NCBI RefSeq assembly: GCF_000022265.1 | Contig: NC_011979.1 | Location: forward strand, 30,001-62,000 | DNA: 32,000 nt | Direction of reading: 5' to 3' | From: Geotalea daltonii FRC-32 | GTDB lineage: Bacteria; Desulfobacterota; Desulfuromonadia; Geobacterales; Geobacteraceae | Shown here: positions 15,443 through 24,035 of the stretch, piece after piece | Layout: each line of letters opens with the position of its first letter | How positions within the stretch are numbered: position 1 is the first letter of the stretch | Notes under the pieces: generated by a model | Databases searched by the model: none | What the model was told of the DNA's origin: nothing | Seen by the model: the letters and a program-made list of their open reading frames with translations, nothing else | Translations under genes and position numbers: made by a program

Positions 15443-17785
15443 ATGGCGCAATCGGCACTATACATAGTCGGCATCGGCCCCGGCGGGCTCAACCACATGA
15501 CTTTCGAGGCCCGGGAGGCATTGGCCTCATCCGATGTGATCGTCGGTTACAAGACCTACCTGGACTTCATCACCCCACTTCTGGCAGGCAAGGAAGTGGT
15601 CTCCTCGGGCATGCTCAAGGAGGTGGAACGCTGCAACCAGGCCCTCTCCATCGCCTGTTCGGGCAAGTCGGTGGCGCTGGTTTCCAGCGGTGATGCGGGA
15701 GTCTACGGCATGGCCGGACTGGCCCTGGAGCTGGCAGAAAACCTGCCCGCACCGCCTGACATTATCATCATTCCAGGGGTTTCGGCAGTCCAGGCTGCAG
15801 CTGCAGTGCTCGGAGCGCCGCTGATGCACGATTTTGCCGTCATTTCCCTTTCCGACCTGCTCACCCCGTGGCCGGTCATCGAAAAGCGTGTTGCGGCGGC
15901 AGCTGCGGCAGATTTTGTCATCGCCCTCTACAATCCCAAGAGCAAGGGGCGGACCATGCAGATCGAAGCGGCACAGGCAATTATTGCCGCGCAGCGTGCT
16001 GCCGGCACCCCGGTGGGCATTGTGCGTAATGCCTGCCGCGAGGGTGAAGACATGGTTGTCACCACCCTTGACCAGATGCTGGATCATGACATAGATATGT
16101 TTTCCATCGTCATCATCGGCAACTCGGCCACCTTTGTCGATCAGAAAGGGCGGATGGTCACGCCGCGCGGGTATAAAACCGGTTCTAGGTTCGAAGTTCT
16201 AGGTTCGAAGTTAAAGACAGAAAACCTAGAACATAGAACCTCGAATTTAGAACCGGCCTTAAGCCGCGCCGTGATGATCTGCGGCACCGGTTCCGATGTG
16301 GGCAAATCGGTGTTGACCGCCGGCTTCTGCCGCATTCTGAAAAAAAGGGGAATAGGTGTCGCTCCCTTCAAATCCCAGAACATGGCACTCAATTCTGCGG
16401 TGACTCCCGAAGGGGGGGAGATCGGCCGGGCACAGGCGGTCCAGGCAGAAGCGTGCGGCATTGCTCCCCACGTGGACATGAATCCTGTTCTGCTCAAGCC
16501 GAACTCCGACGTGGGGAGCCAGGTCATCGTCCAGGGGAGGGTGATCGGCAACATGAAGGTGGCCGAATACAATGCCTACAAGCCGGAGGCCTTTGTCAGC
16601 GTCAAGGAGAGTTTCAGTCGCCTCAGGCAGTGCCATGATTTCATCGTCATCGAAGGAGCCGGCAGCATTGCCGAAATAAACCTGAAGCAGCACGATATTG
16701 CCAACCTGAAGGTGGCCGAAATGGCTGGTTGCCCGGTAATCCTGGTGGCGGACATCGATCGGGGGGGGGTCTTTGCCCAGATCGTCGGCACCATTGAGCT
16801 TCTCGAACCGGCCGAGCGGGCGATGGTCAAAGGTATCATCATCAATAAATTCAGGGGAGACGCTTCGCTCCTAAAGTCCGGGATAGATTTTGTGGAAGTA
16901 CGGACCGGGCTGCCGGTGCTCGGAGTCATCCCCTATTTCCAGGGTTTCCGCATTGCCGATGAGGACAGCGTCCCCCTGGAAAGCCGTGCGGCAGCCTCCC
17001 GCTCACGTCATGCGGCCGGAGACAAGCTGCAGATCGGTGTGATCAGGATGTCGCGCATGTCCAATTATACAGATTTCGACGCCCTGGAGAACGAGCCGGA
17101 CGTGGAACTCCGTTACATCGACAGCCCAAAGCAGATGAAGGGGCTGGATCTGATCATCCTTCCCGGCAGCAAATCGACCCTCACAGATCTTTACTTTCTT
17201 ATGGAGCGGGGCCTGTACAAGGCAATCCGCGAATTTGGCGGCGCCATTTTCGGTATCTGCGGCGGCTATCAAATGCTGGGGCGGCGGGTCCTGGACCCCT
17301 TCAATGTTGAATCGGACATCAAGGAGGCGGAAGGGCTGTCCCTGCTTGATGTGGAGACGGTGATGCTGATGCAGAAGGAGACCCACCAGGTGACAGGCCA
17401 TCTGCTGGCGGAGATGGATCTGGCAGATGGCGGCAGGGAGCTGACCGGCTACGAGATTCACATGGGGGAAACCACCCGTGGCGACAACGCCCTTCCCTTT
17501 GCCAGGATAAAGTGCCGCTCGGATCGGCTGGTGGACATTGAAGATGGTGCAGTATCAAGGGATGGCAGGATTCACGGCACTTACCTGCACGGCATCTTCG
17601 ACAATGCCGGGTTCAGAACCGCCTTCCTCAACGGCATCAGGCGCAGCAAAGGACTGCGCGAGCGGCACAAGGTCATCCCCATCAAGGACCCCTACGAACT
17701 GCTGGCCGATCATCTGGAGCGCCATCTGGACATGGACCGGCTGTTTGCCATCTGCGGGCTGAAATCTGCCAAAGCAGACCGTTAA
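15443..17785 (+). CDS. cbiH-cobQ: Fused cobalt-factor III/precorrin-3B C17-methyltransferase (CbiH, about aa 1-245) and cobyric acid synthase (CobQ/CbiP, about aa 274-780)
   Basis: Single uninterrupted 780-codon track ORF. The CbiH part has LYIVGIGPGG, VSSGDAGVYGMA and ends ...MVTPRGYK. The CobQ part has VMICGTGSDVGKSV, DIDRGGVFA, and a C-terminal GATase with GICGGYQMLG and YEIHMG. The linker is encoded by the palindromic element at 16179-16256. Confidence 0.8.
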   Translation: MAQSALYIVGIGPGGLNHMTFEAREALASSDVIVGYKTYLDFITPLLAGKEVVSSGMLKEVERCNQALSIACSGKSVALVSSGDAGVYGMAGLALELAENLPAPPDIIIIPGVSAVQAAAAVLGAPLMHDFAVISLSDLLTPWPVIEKRVAAAAAADFVIALYNPKSKGRTMQIEAAQAIIAAQRAAGTPVGIVRNACREGEDMVVTTLDQMLDHDIDMFSIVIIGNSATFVDQKGRMVTPRGYKTGSRFEVLGSKLKTENLEHRTSNLEPALSRAVMICGTGSDVGKSVLTAGFCRILKKRGIGVAPFKSQNMALNSAVTPEGGEIGRAQAVQAEACGIAPHVDMNPVLLKPNSDVGSQVIVQGRVIGNMKVAEYNAYKPEAFVSVKESFSRLRQCHDFIVIEGAGSIAEINLKQHDIANLKVAEMAGCPVILVADIDRGGVFAQIVGTIELLEPAERAMVKGIIINKFRGDASLLKSGIDFVEVRTGLPVLGVIPYFQGFRIADEDSVPLESRAAASRSRHAAGDKLQIGVIRMSRMSNYTDFDALENEPDVELRYIDSPKQMKGLDLIILPGSKSTLTDLYFLMERGLYKAIREFGGAIFGICGGYQMLGRRVLDPFNVESDIKEAEGLSLLDVETVMLMQKETHQVTGHLLAEMDLADGGRELTGYEIHMGETTRGDNALPFARIKCRSDRLVDIEDGAVSRDGRIHGTYLHGIFDNAGFRTAFLNGIRRSKGLRERHKVIPIKDPYELLADHLERHLDMDRLFAICGLKSAKADR
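16179..16256. repeat. 78-bp imperfect palindrome containing a 14-bp tandem direct repeat, lying inside the coding sequence
   Basis: Sequence: ccggttctaggttcgaagttctaggttcgaag / ttaaagacaga / aaacctagaacatagaacctcgaatttagaaccgg. gttctaggttcgaa occurs at 16182-16195 and again at 16196-16209. The arms are complementary with a few mismatches. Its length is exactly 26 codons. Confidence 0.85.
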
Positions 17786-17799
17786 AGAGCGGTTCTCTC

Positions 17800-18762
17800 G
17801 TGTCTGAGCCTTTCATCAATCACGTGTTTGTCGTTATTGTTGCAGTTATACTGGATCTGCTGCTGGGAGATCCTCCTGGTCTGCCCCATCCGGTGGTGGG
17901 CATCGGCAGGCTGATATTGTTTTTGGAGGCGCACCTGCGGCGGGTCTTTGCCGATGCGCGACGGGGCGGCATTGCCCTTCTCTGTATCACCGTCGGCATC
18001 ACCTGTCTATCGGCGGCCCTGCTGCTAAAAGTTGCCGCGCTGATTCATCCCATCTTTGCCACGGCTGTAGCCATTTATCTTTCCTGGACCTGTCTTGCCT
18101 CCCGTTCCCTTCATCGAGAGTCAATGCTGGTTGTGGATGCTCTGCGGAAGGGTGATCTGCCGGCGGCAAGGATTTGGTTGTCGCGCATTGTCGGCCGAGA
18201 TACCGGTGATCTTGATCAAACGGGGGTTATCCGCGGGGTGGTGGAAACTGTGGCGGAAAATACCTCAGACGGTGTCATCGCTCCGCTCGTTTGCCTGATG
18301 ATCGGCGGACCTGTGCTGGGACTGGCCTACAAGGCAGTCAACACCCTCGACTCCATGGTCGGCTATAAAAACGACCGCTATCTCCACTTTGGCTGGGCCT
18401 CGGCCCGTTTTGACGACCTGGCCAATTACCTGCCGGCCAGGCTCACCGGCCTGTTGTTGGTTCTCGCAGCGCCCTTTGCCGGGCTGTCGGCAGGGAGTGC
18501 CTGGCGCATCATGCGACGCGACGGGCGCAACCATTCTTCCCCCAACAGTGGCATTCCCGAAGCGGCAGCAGCCGGTGCCCTGGGCGTGCAGCTGGGAGGG
18601 GTAAATTACTATTTCGGCAAACCTGTGGCCAAGCCGACCATTGGCGACCACGTCTATCCCTTGTCATTGGCAGCCTGCCATGGTGCCGTACGCCTCATGT
18701 ACGGGGCAGAGGTGCTGCTTTTGGCTGGATTCGTTGTCTTTGCAACGGTCATTTACAGATAG
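17800..18762 (+). CDS. cbiB: Adenosylcobinamide-phosphate synthase (membrane protein)
   Basis: Track ORF with a GTG start. LLLGDPPGLPHPVVGIG, ENTSDGVIAPL and SPNSGIPEAA motifs typical of CbiB/CobD. Confidence 0.85.
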   Translation: MSEPFINHVFVVIVAVILDLLLGDPPGLPHPVVGIGRLILFLEAHLRRVFADARRGGIALLCITVGITCLSAALLLKVAALIHPIFATAVAIYLSWTCLASRSLHRESMLVVDALRKGDLPAARIWLSRIVGRDTGDLDQTGVIRGVVETVAENTSDGVIAPLVCLMIGGPVLGLAYKAVNTLDSMVGYKNDRYLHFGWASARFDDLANYLPARLTGLLLVLAAPFAGLSAGSAWRIMRRDGRNHSSPNSGIPEAAAAGALGVQLGGVNYYFGKPVAKPTIGDHVYPLSLAACHGAVRLMYGAEVLLLAGFVVFATVIYR

Positions 18763-18770
18763 GAATAAGG

Positions 18771-19862
18771 ATGAAGACTACATTCGATCATGGCGGAAAT
18801 GTCTTCAGCGTGGCCCGCAGCCTGGGGATAAAGCCGGAAGACATCGCGGATTTTTCTGCCAGCATCAACCCTCTTGGCATTTCGACAGCGGTGAAGGAAG
18901 CGCTTATATCCTCCTTCGACCGCTACACCCATTACCCGGATTCCGATGCCGTCGAGCTTTCCTCCGGGCTGGCTGCTTTCCATGGCCTTGATCGCAATTC
19001 GGTCTGTGTGGCCAACGGTTCAACAGAGTTGATTTACCTGATGCCACGTTTTCTAAAGGGAAGGAGGGCGCTGGTCATTGCCCCCGCCTTTTCCGAATAT
19101 GCCAGGGCCCTGGACCGGGCAGGATGGGATGTGGCCTATCTGGAGCTCGACGCCGAGAATGGCTTTTCCCTGTCGGTCCCGTTGTTGGAAGAGAAGTTAT
19201 CCGGCGGCTTCGATGCGCTCTTCCTCTGCAATCCCGGCAATCCCACCGGAAAGATGCTCCCTCTGGGGACCATCAAGGTGGTTTACCGCCTCTGCCGTGC
19301 TTCCGGCACCTTTCTGGTGTTGGACGAGGCATTCATGGATTTCTGTGAGGCAGAATCGGCCAAGCATCTGCTCCTGGACGGCGGCGGGGTGGTACTCAGA
19401 TCCATGACCAAGTTCTTCGCCATCCCCGGCCTACGCCTGGGTTATGCCATGGGGTCACCGGAGATCATTCCTGAACTGGTATCTCTGCGGGAACCATGGA
19501 GCGTCAACACGCCGGCCCAGATTGCCGGCCTTGCAGCCATTGCCGATACGGACTACCGTCTTCGGACCTTGCAGACAATCGCCGAGGAGCGAGCCCTGCT
19601 TGCCGCGCAGCTGGCAACGCTGAATGGCTTGACGGTCTACCCGTCTGCAGCCAACTATCTGCTTGTCAGGTTGGATGAAGGTCCTACGGCAGCTGAGCTG
19701 AGGCAAAGGCTTCTTGCCCGTGGCTTACTGATAAGGGATTGCTCAAACTTCCAAGGGTTAGACACCCGCTTTTTCCGGGTTGCGGTACGCAGGCGCCGGG
19801 AAAATGAGCTGTTGGTCAGGGAGATGGAGAAGACGCTGGGGGATGCTGGGAAGCTAGTTTGA
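18771..19862 (+). CDS. cobD: L-threonine-O-3-phosphate decarboxylase (PLP-dependent, class I/II aminotransferase fold)
   Basis: Track ORF. HGGNVF N-terminus, NPGNPTG, and the PLP-lysine context RSMTKFFAIPGLRLGY. Position directly after cbiB. Confidence 0.8.
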   Translation: MKTTFDHGGNVFSVARSLGIKPEDIADFSASINPLGISTAVKEALISSFDRYTHYPDSDAVELSSGLAAFHGLDRNSVCVANGSTELIYLMPRFLKGRRALVIAPAFSEYARALDRAGWDVAYLELDAENGFSLSVPLLEEKLSGGFDALFLCNPGNPTGKMLPLGTIKVVYRLCRASGTFLVLDEAFMDFCEAESAKHLLLDGGGVVLRSMTKFFAIPGLRLGYAMGSPEIIPELVSLREPWSVNTPAQIAGLAAIADTDYRLRTLQTIAEERALLAAQLATLNGLTVYPSAANYLLVRLDEGPTAAELRQRLLARGLLIRDCSNFQGLDTRFFRVAVRRRRENELLVREMEKTLGDAGKLV

Positions 19863-20681
19863 GGCCATGGAATGAAAATTCTTGTTGCAGTTCCTGATTT
19901 TTTTGATTTCTTCACTGCAGACGAATTTTATGATGCTGTCCCGGCTGCGCTCATTGATTTTCAGGTATCTCATGCCGGTGGAGAAGCTGGTACTGGTATG
20001 CCACACGGAAGCGAGCGGCTGGCAGTAGATTACCTCGGCCAGGGTCTGAACCTGATGGGGCTGGCTGTTGGGCAGGTGAAAAGCGAGGTTGAACACTGAT
20101 CCGACCTGGATTTCTTCCACCGTTTGTGCTCTCAGTCCGCCACCACTAATATTGACGATGATGGGCTGGGCAGCATGTTTTTCGCCGTTTCCCTTGTCAT
20201 TGCACATTTCCATGAGTCTGGATCGCTGAAAGTTCCACTGCTGTGATGACGGTTTTGCACAGCCTGTTCCGGTGCCGATAATGCAGCGATTGCCGGGCAG
20301 TTCCCAGGTTTCTTCCTTGCCGGCAGGAGAATAGTTAAACTCCAGCAGTGTATCCAGGCGGAAATAAGCCCTCAGTTCATCGGGGATTACCGAGCCGCTC
20401 AATCTCAAGGTCACCTTTTCCAGCTCCACATCTTCTATAACGGCATGGCAACGGTAGCCCTGGCCGCCGCTTCCTGCCCTGACCGACACCGGTTCCCCCT
20501 TTGCCAGCAGGAGGTCGTGGGGGAGCACATCCCTTGACAACCGGAGGCTTATGAGATCTCCATGTGCAGAGCTGATAACGGCCCACTCGTGGAAGAAACG
20601 GCCGTTGCCTAGCGGCAGGTCGACCCTGGCTCTCTGGTTGACATGGAAATAATCCCGGTAATAAAGGTTTTGCTCCGACAT
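19854..20681 (-). CDS. PilZ domain protein (predicted c-di-GMP receptor)
   Basis: Track ORF 19854..20744. I prefer Met22 (ATG at 20679-20681), but the GTG at 20744 is not excluded and neither has a clear RBS. RxxxR (LRAYFRLD) and N-x-S-x-x-G (VNISGGGL) motifs. The 3' end overlaps the cobD stop by 9 nt, convergently. Confidence 0.65.
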   Translation of the reverse strand: MSEQNLYYRDYFHVNQRARVDLPLGNGRFFHEWAVISSAHGDLISLRLSRDVLPHDLLLAKGEPVSVRAGSGGQGYRCHAVIEDVELEKVTLRLSGSVIPDELRAYFRLDTLLEFNYSPAGKEETWELPGNRCIIGTGTGCAKPSSQQWNFQRSRLMEMCNDKGNGEKHAAQPIIVNISGGGLRAQTVEEIQVGSVFNLAFHLPNSQPHQVQTLAEVIYCQPLASVWHTSTSFSTGMRYLKINERSRDSIIKFVCSEEIKKIRNCNKNFHSMASN

Positions 20682-20943
20682 TGGCAGGATCCAATTTGCT
20701 TGTGGAATGGTCTTAATTAGCAAGATATTTGCCAGATCCTTCACTCATCAAAGTCGCCATTGTCTCCAACGGCGTTTCCGTGGGGTGGAGAAGACAAGCT
20801 CCCGGTTCTTGCTTTTTCTGCCATTACCCCGCAGCTACCCCGGTTGCCGCCAAACCCCATTATTGAATGGTCAAATGCCTGCCTCGATACACACTTACTT
20901 CATTTTCCCCATCTGGGCCAGAAACCTGCAGCCGGATAAAACC

Positions 20944-20971
20944 TTGACAGTGGGCAAAATTGGGGTATTCT
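20944..20971 (+). promoter_or_regulatory. Candidate sigma70 promoter of the zur-znuACB operon
   Basis: TTGACA (20944-20949), a 16-nt spacer, then TATTCT (20966-20971). Confidence 0.45.
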
Positions 20972-20975
20972 AAAA

Positions 20976-20988
20976 AGAAATGATTTCT
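20976..20988. promoter_or_regulatory. Candidate Zur/Fur-family operator (AT-rich perfect palindrome agaaat-g-atttct)
   Basis: agaaatgatttct read directly. It lies 5 nt downstream of the -10 and 34 nt upstream of the zur ATG. Flanking bases extend the imperfect symmetry (aaaaagaaatgatttctattt). Confidence 0.55.
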
Positions 20989-21021
20989 ATTTAGATCAGG
21001 CACCATCTATCACGGAGCAAT

Positions 21022-21447
21022 ATGTCCGACAAATTTAATCAGGACCTGAAAGAGCTGAAGCTGAAGGTAACACCGAAAAGGCTGGCGATCCTCTCCCTGC
21101 TGGCTGAGGAATTATCCTATGCAAGCCCGGAAGAGGTCTGGCGCAAGCTGCAAAAGAATTTCGACAGCATCGGCTTGCCAACCGTCTATCGCAATCTGGA
21201 AGAACTGGCCAATGGCGGTCTCATCACCAAGGTCATTCATCCAAACAGGCAACTCTATTACTATTTCTGCCCCAACGGCCACCATCACCACCACTTCGTC
21301 TGTCTTTCCTGTCGCAAGGTGGAGGATATCAATTTCTGCGGTATGGAAGAGATCGAAAAGAAGGTCAGCGGTACCGTCCTCTCCCATATCGTCCAGGTAA
21401 ACGGCCTCTGCCGCGAATGTTCGGAAAGCCAGGGAGGAGCCATATGA
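21022..21447 (+). CDS. zur: Fur family transcriptional regulator, probable zinc uptake regulator
   Basis: Track ORF. Winged-helix N-terminus (PKRLAILSLL...SPEEVW...GLPTVYRNLEEL). CxxC pairs CLSC and CREC. Unusual His5 run (NGHHHHHF). The stop overlaps the znuA start (ATGA). Confidence 0.7.
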   Translation: MSDKFNQDLKELKLKVTPKRLAILSLLAEELSYASPEEVWRKLQKNFDSIGLPTVYRNLEELANGGLITKVIHPNRQLYYYFCPNGHHHHHFVCLSCRKVEDINFCGMEEIEKKVSGTVLSHIVQVNGLCRECSESQGGAI

Positions 21448-22373
21448 AAAAATTTCTTTTCCTGTTCATGCTCCTGCTTGTGCCGGCACTTCTTTCCTGC
21501 GAAAAAAGGGAGCAGCACAATTCGGGTAAGCTGAAAGTGGTAACGACGCTTTTCCCCCTCTTCGACTTTGCCAGGCAGATCGGCGGTGACAAAATCGATG
21601 TGACTCTGTTGTTGCCCCCCGGCATGGAACCCCACAGCTTCGAGCCGAAACCGGACGATATTATCCGTGTCAGCCGGGCCGATATCTTCATCTTCACCAA
21701 CAGGTACATGGAGCCCTGGGCGGCGCAAATAGCCGAAGCTGCGGCTCAAAAGGGGCTGACGGTGGATGCCAGCCGGGGAGTGAACCTGTACAAGGCGGGG
21801 GAAGAAAAGGCTGAGGAGGATGGGCATGGTCATCGCGCCGGGAGGGTGGATCCCCACGTCTGGCTTGATTTTGACAATGATCGGATCATGGTCGACAACA
21901 TTCTTGCTGCTTTTGTGGCAAAGGATCCGGCAAACCGCCAGTATTACACGGCCAACGCGGTTGCCTACAAGGCAAAGCTGGCCGATCTGGACGGGCGATT
22001 CAAGGTTGGCCTGTCCCGGTGCGCGACCAGGGATTTCCTCCACGGGGGACATTTTGCTTTTGGTTACATGGCTCGTCGCTATAACCTCCACTACCAATCA
22101 GCCTATGCCCTGAATGCTGAGGCCGAGCCGACCGCCGGCAAGCTCACCTCCCTTATCAGGCAGATGCGAAGCAGCGGGCTCAAGTATATTTATACCGAGG
22201 AGCTGCTCAATCCCCGCGTTGCCGAGACCATTGCCCGGGAAACAGGAGCACAGCTGCTCAGACTGCACGGCGCCCACAATATCGGCAAGGCGGACTTTGA
22301 CCGGGGAGTAACCTTCATCTCCCTTATGGAAGAAAATCTCAAGAACCTGAGGACGGGGCTACAATGTCCATAG
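21444..22373 (+). CDS. znuA: Metal ABC transporter substrate-binding lipoprotein (TroA/ZnuA family), probably zinc
   Basis: Start taken at Met10 of track ORF 21417..22373. The ATG at 21444 follows GGGAGGAG. Signal/lipobox-like MKKFLFLFMLLLVPALLSC. His/acidic loop EEKAEEDGHGHRAGRVDPH. The DPHVWLD motif is typical of ZnuA. Confidence 0.7.
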   Translation: MKKFLFLFMLLLVPALLSCEKREQHNSGKLKVVTTLFPLFDFARQIGGDKIDVTLLLPPGMEPHSFEPKPDDIIRVSRADIFIFTNRYMEPWAAQIAEAAAQKGLTVDASRGVNLYKAGEEKAEEDGHGHRAGRVDPHVWLDFDNDRIMVDNILAAFVAKDPANRQYYTANAVAYKAKLADLDGRFKVGLSRCATRDFLHGGHFAFGYMARRYNLHYQSAYALNAEAEPTAGKLTSLIRQMRSSGLKYIYTEELLNPRVAETIARETGAQLLRLHGAHNIGKADFDRGVTFISLMEENLKNLRTGLQCP

Positions 22374-23116
22374 AAGCGCTTTCCGTGAAAGGTCTCTGCT
22401 CGGGCTATCAGGGGGCCGATGTACTGCAGGATCTGACCTTTGCCGTTCACTCCGGTGATTACGTGGGGGTGGTCGGTCCCAACGGGTCGGGCAAAAGCAC
22501 CTTGGTCAAATCGATCCTCGGCCTGATCAAGCCTGAGAGGGGAGCCATATCCCTGTTCGGCACCCCTTTTGCCCAGTTTCGCGATTGGAATCGCATCGGC
22601 TATCTGCCCCAAGGGTTGCAGTTCTTTAATCCAAACTTCCCTGCCACTGTTGCGGAGGTGGTTCGTCTGGGCCGTCTTGCCGCAAAGAGTTTTCCCCGGC
22701 GCTTTGACAGAAATGATGCGGCAGCGGTGGCAAAGACGCTGCAGTGGATGGATATCGCACACATCAGGGACAAGATGATCGGCGAGCTTTCGGGGGGGCT
22801 CAGGCAACGGGTTCTGCTGGCACGGGCGCTGGTCAATGAGCCTGAGCTGTTGGTTCTGGACGAACCGACTACGGCACTTGACCCGGAAACCAGGGAGCAT
22901 TTTTACCAGTTGCTCGCCGATATGAACCGGGAGCGAAACACCACCGTCATCCTCATCACCCACGATACCGGCACCATCGGCCGCTATGCGACAAAGCTGC
23001 TCTATCTGGACAAGCGGGTGATATTTTACGGTGGTTTTGACGAGTTCTGCAAATCGGCGGAAATGACAGGTTTTTTCGGCGAAAAGGCCCAGCATGTGGT
23101 CTGCCATCGGCACTGA
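22364..23116 (+). CDS. znuC: Metal ABC transporter ATP-binding protein
   Basis: Walker A GPNGSGKST, signature LSGGLRQR, Walker B LLVLDEPT. Overlaps znuA by 10 nt. Confidence 0.8.
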   Translation: MSIEALSVKGLCSGYQGADVLQDLTFAVHSGDYVGVVGPNGSGKSTLVKSILGLIKPERGAISLFGTPFAQFRDWNRIGYLPQGLQFFNPNFPATVAEVVRLGRLAAKSFPRRFDRNDAAAVAKTLQWMDIAHIRDKMIGELSGGLRQRVLLARALVNEPELLVLDEPTTALDPETREHFYQLLADMNRERNTTVILITHDTGTIGRYATKLLYLDKRVIFYGGFDEFCKSAEMTGFFGEKAQHVVCHRH

Positions 23117-23213
23117 GTTGGCCCCCCTGCTCACGGTGTTCGCTTCCCCCTATGGAACAGGGGGGATTGAGGGGGTAAACGGTCGGCTAAAACTAAGGTT
23201 GTATAGGAAACTC

Positions 23214-24035
23214 ATGGATCTGGCGGAAATACTCAGCTATGGATTTTTGCAGCGTGCCCTGGTCGGGGGGTCGCTGATTGCCGTACTCTGCTCTACTTTG
23301 GGAATCTTTCTCGTCCTGCGTCGTTTTTCCCTTATCGGTGACGGGCTTGCCCATGTGACCTTCGGCAGCGTCGCCCTGGCGCTATTTCTGGGGTTCCAGT
23401 CAGTTTTGATGACCGTGGCTGCCATCCCGGTGGTGCTCCTTGCCTCCATCGGGATATTGAAGCTGACCGACAAGGCGAAAATCTACGGTGATACTGCCAT
23501 CGGCATCGTCTCCTCCCTGGGCATCGCCGTCGGTGTAATGCTGGCGAGCAAAGCTGGCGGCTTCAATGTTGATCTTTTCAGCTACCTGTTCGGCAATATC
23601 CTTTCCATCAGTATGACCGAGCTTATGCTTGCCGCAGTGTTGTTCCTGGTGGTCCTCATATCCATCTTTTTCTTTTACAACGAACTTTTTGCCACCACTT
23701 TCGATGAAGACCTGGCCAGGAGTGCCGGCATACAGACCAGCCGCATCAATATGGTCCTGGTGCTTTTGACTGCCCTGACCGTGGTGTTGGCCATGAAAGT
23801 GGTAGGAATCATGCTCATCTCCGCACTCCTCATCCTGCCCGCCGTATCCGCCCTGCAACTGGCACGCAGTTTCAAGGGGGCAATATTCTCTTCAGCCCTG
23901 ATAGGCATGGGTACGGTCATGATCAGCATCTGTCTCTCCCTTGTCCTCAATCTCCCCGCCGGTGCCACCATCGTCCTCTTCAACTTCGTCATCTTTGCTG
24001 CCTCGTTCTGCTTCAGATTGCTCCGCCGGCGCTAG
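23214..24035 (+). CDS. znuB: Metal ABC transporter permease
   Basis: Start taken at Met41 of track ORF 23094..24035 (MDLAEILSYGFLQRALVGG...). Polytopic ABC-3 type permease. The upstream 40 codons overlap znuC and look non-coding. Confidence 0.75.
   Translation: MDLAEILSYGFLQRALVGGSLIAVLCSTLGIFLVLRRFSLIGDGLAHVTFGSVALALFLGFQSVLMTVAAIPVVLLASIGILKLTDKAKIYGDTAIGIVSSLGIAVGVMLASKAGGFNVDLFSYLFGNILSISMTELMLAAVLFLVVLISIFFFYNELFATTFDEDLARSAGIQTSRINMVLVLLTALTVVLAMKVVGIMLISALLILPAVSALQLARSFKGAIFSSALIGMGTVMISICLSLVLNLPAGATIVLFNFVIFAASFCFRLLRRR

Noticed and set aside
15443-17785. CbiH-CobQ fusion as a sequencing artefact or pseudogene
   Set aside because: The frame is continuous across the junction. Both domains are full length with intact motifs, and the intervening element is an exact multiple of three. 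It is kept as a real fusion pending resequencing.
20707-20973. 88-aa plus-strand ORF in the PilZ-zur intergenic region
   Set aside because: It has no RBS and low-complexity sequence. It overlaps the predicted zur promoter and the 5' end of the PilZ gene.
21285-23134. Minus-strand ORFs of 270 aa and 314 aa
   Set aside because: Antisense to znuA and znuC, which carry unambiguous motifs.
23117-23213. Apparent frame inconsistency at the G-run (about 23160-23165) in the znuC-znuB spacer
   Set aside because: My by-eye base count of the G-run disagreed by one nucleotide with the ORF-track coordinates for 23.16-24.0 kb. All track ORFs in that interval are mutually consistent, so I used track-derived coordinates and make no frameshift claim.
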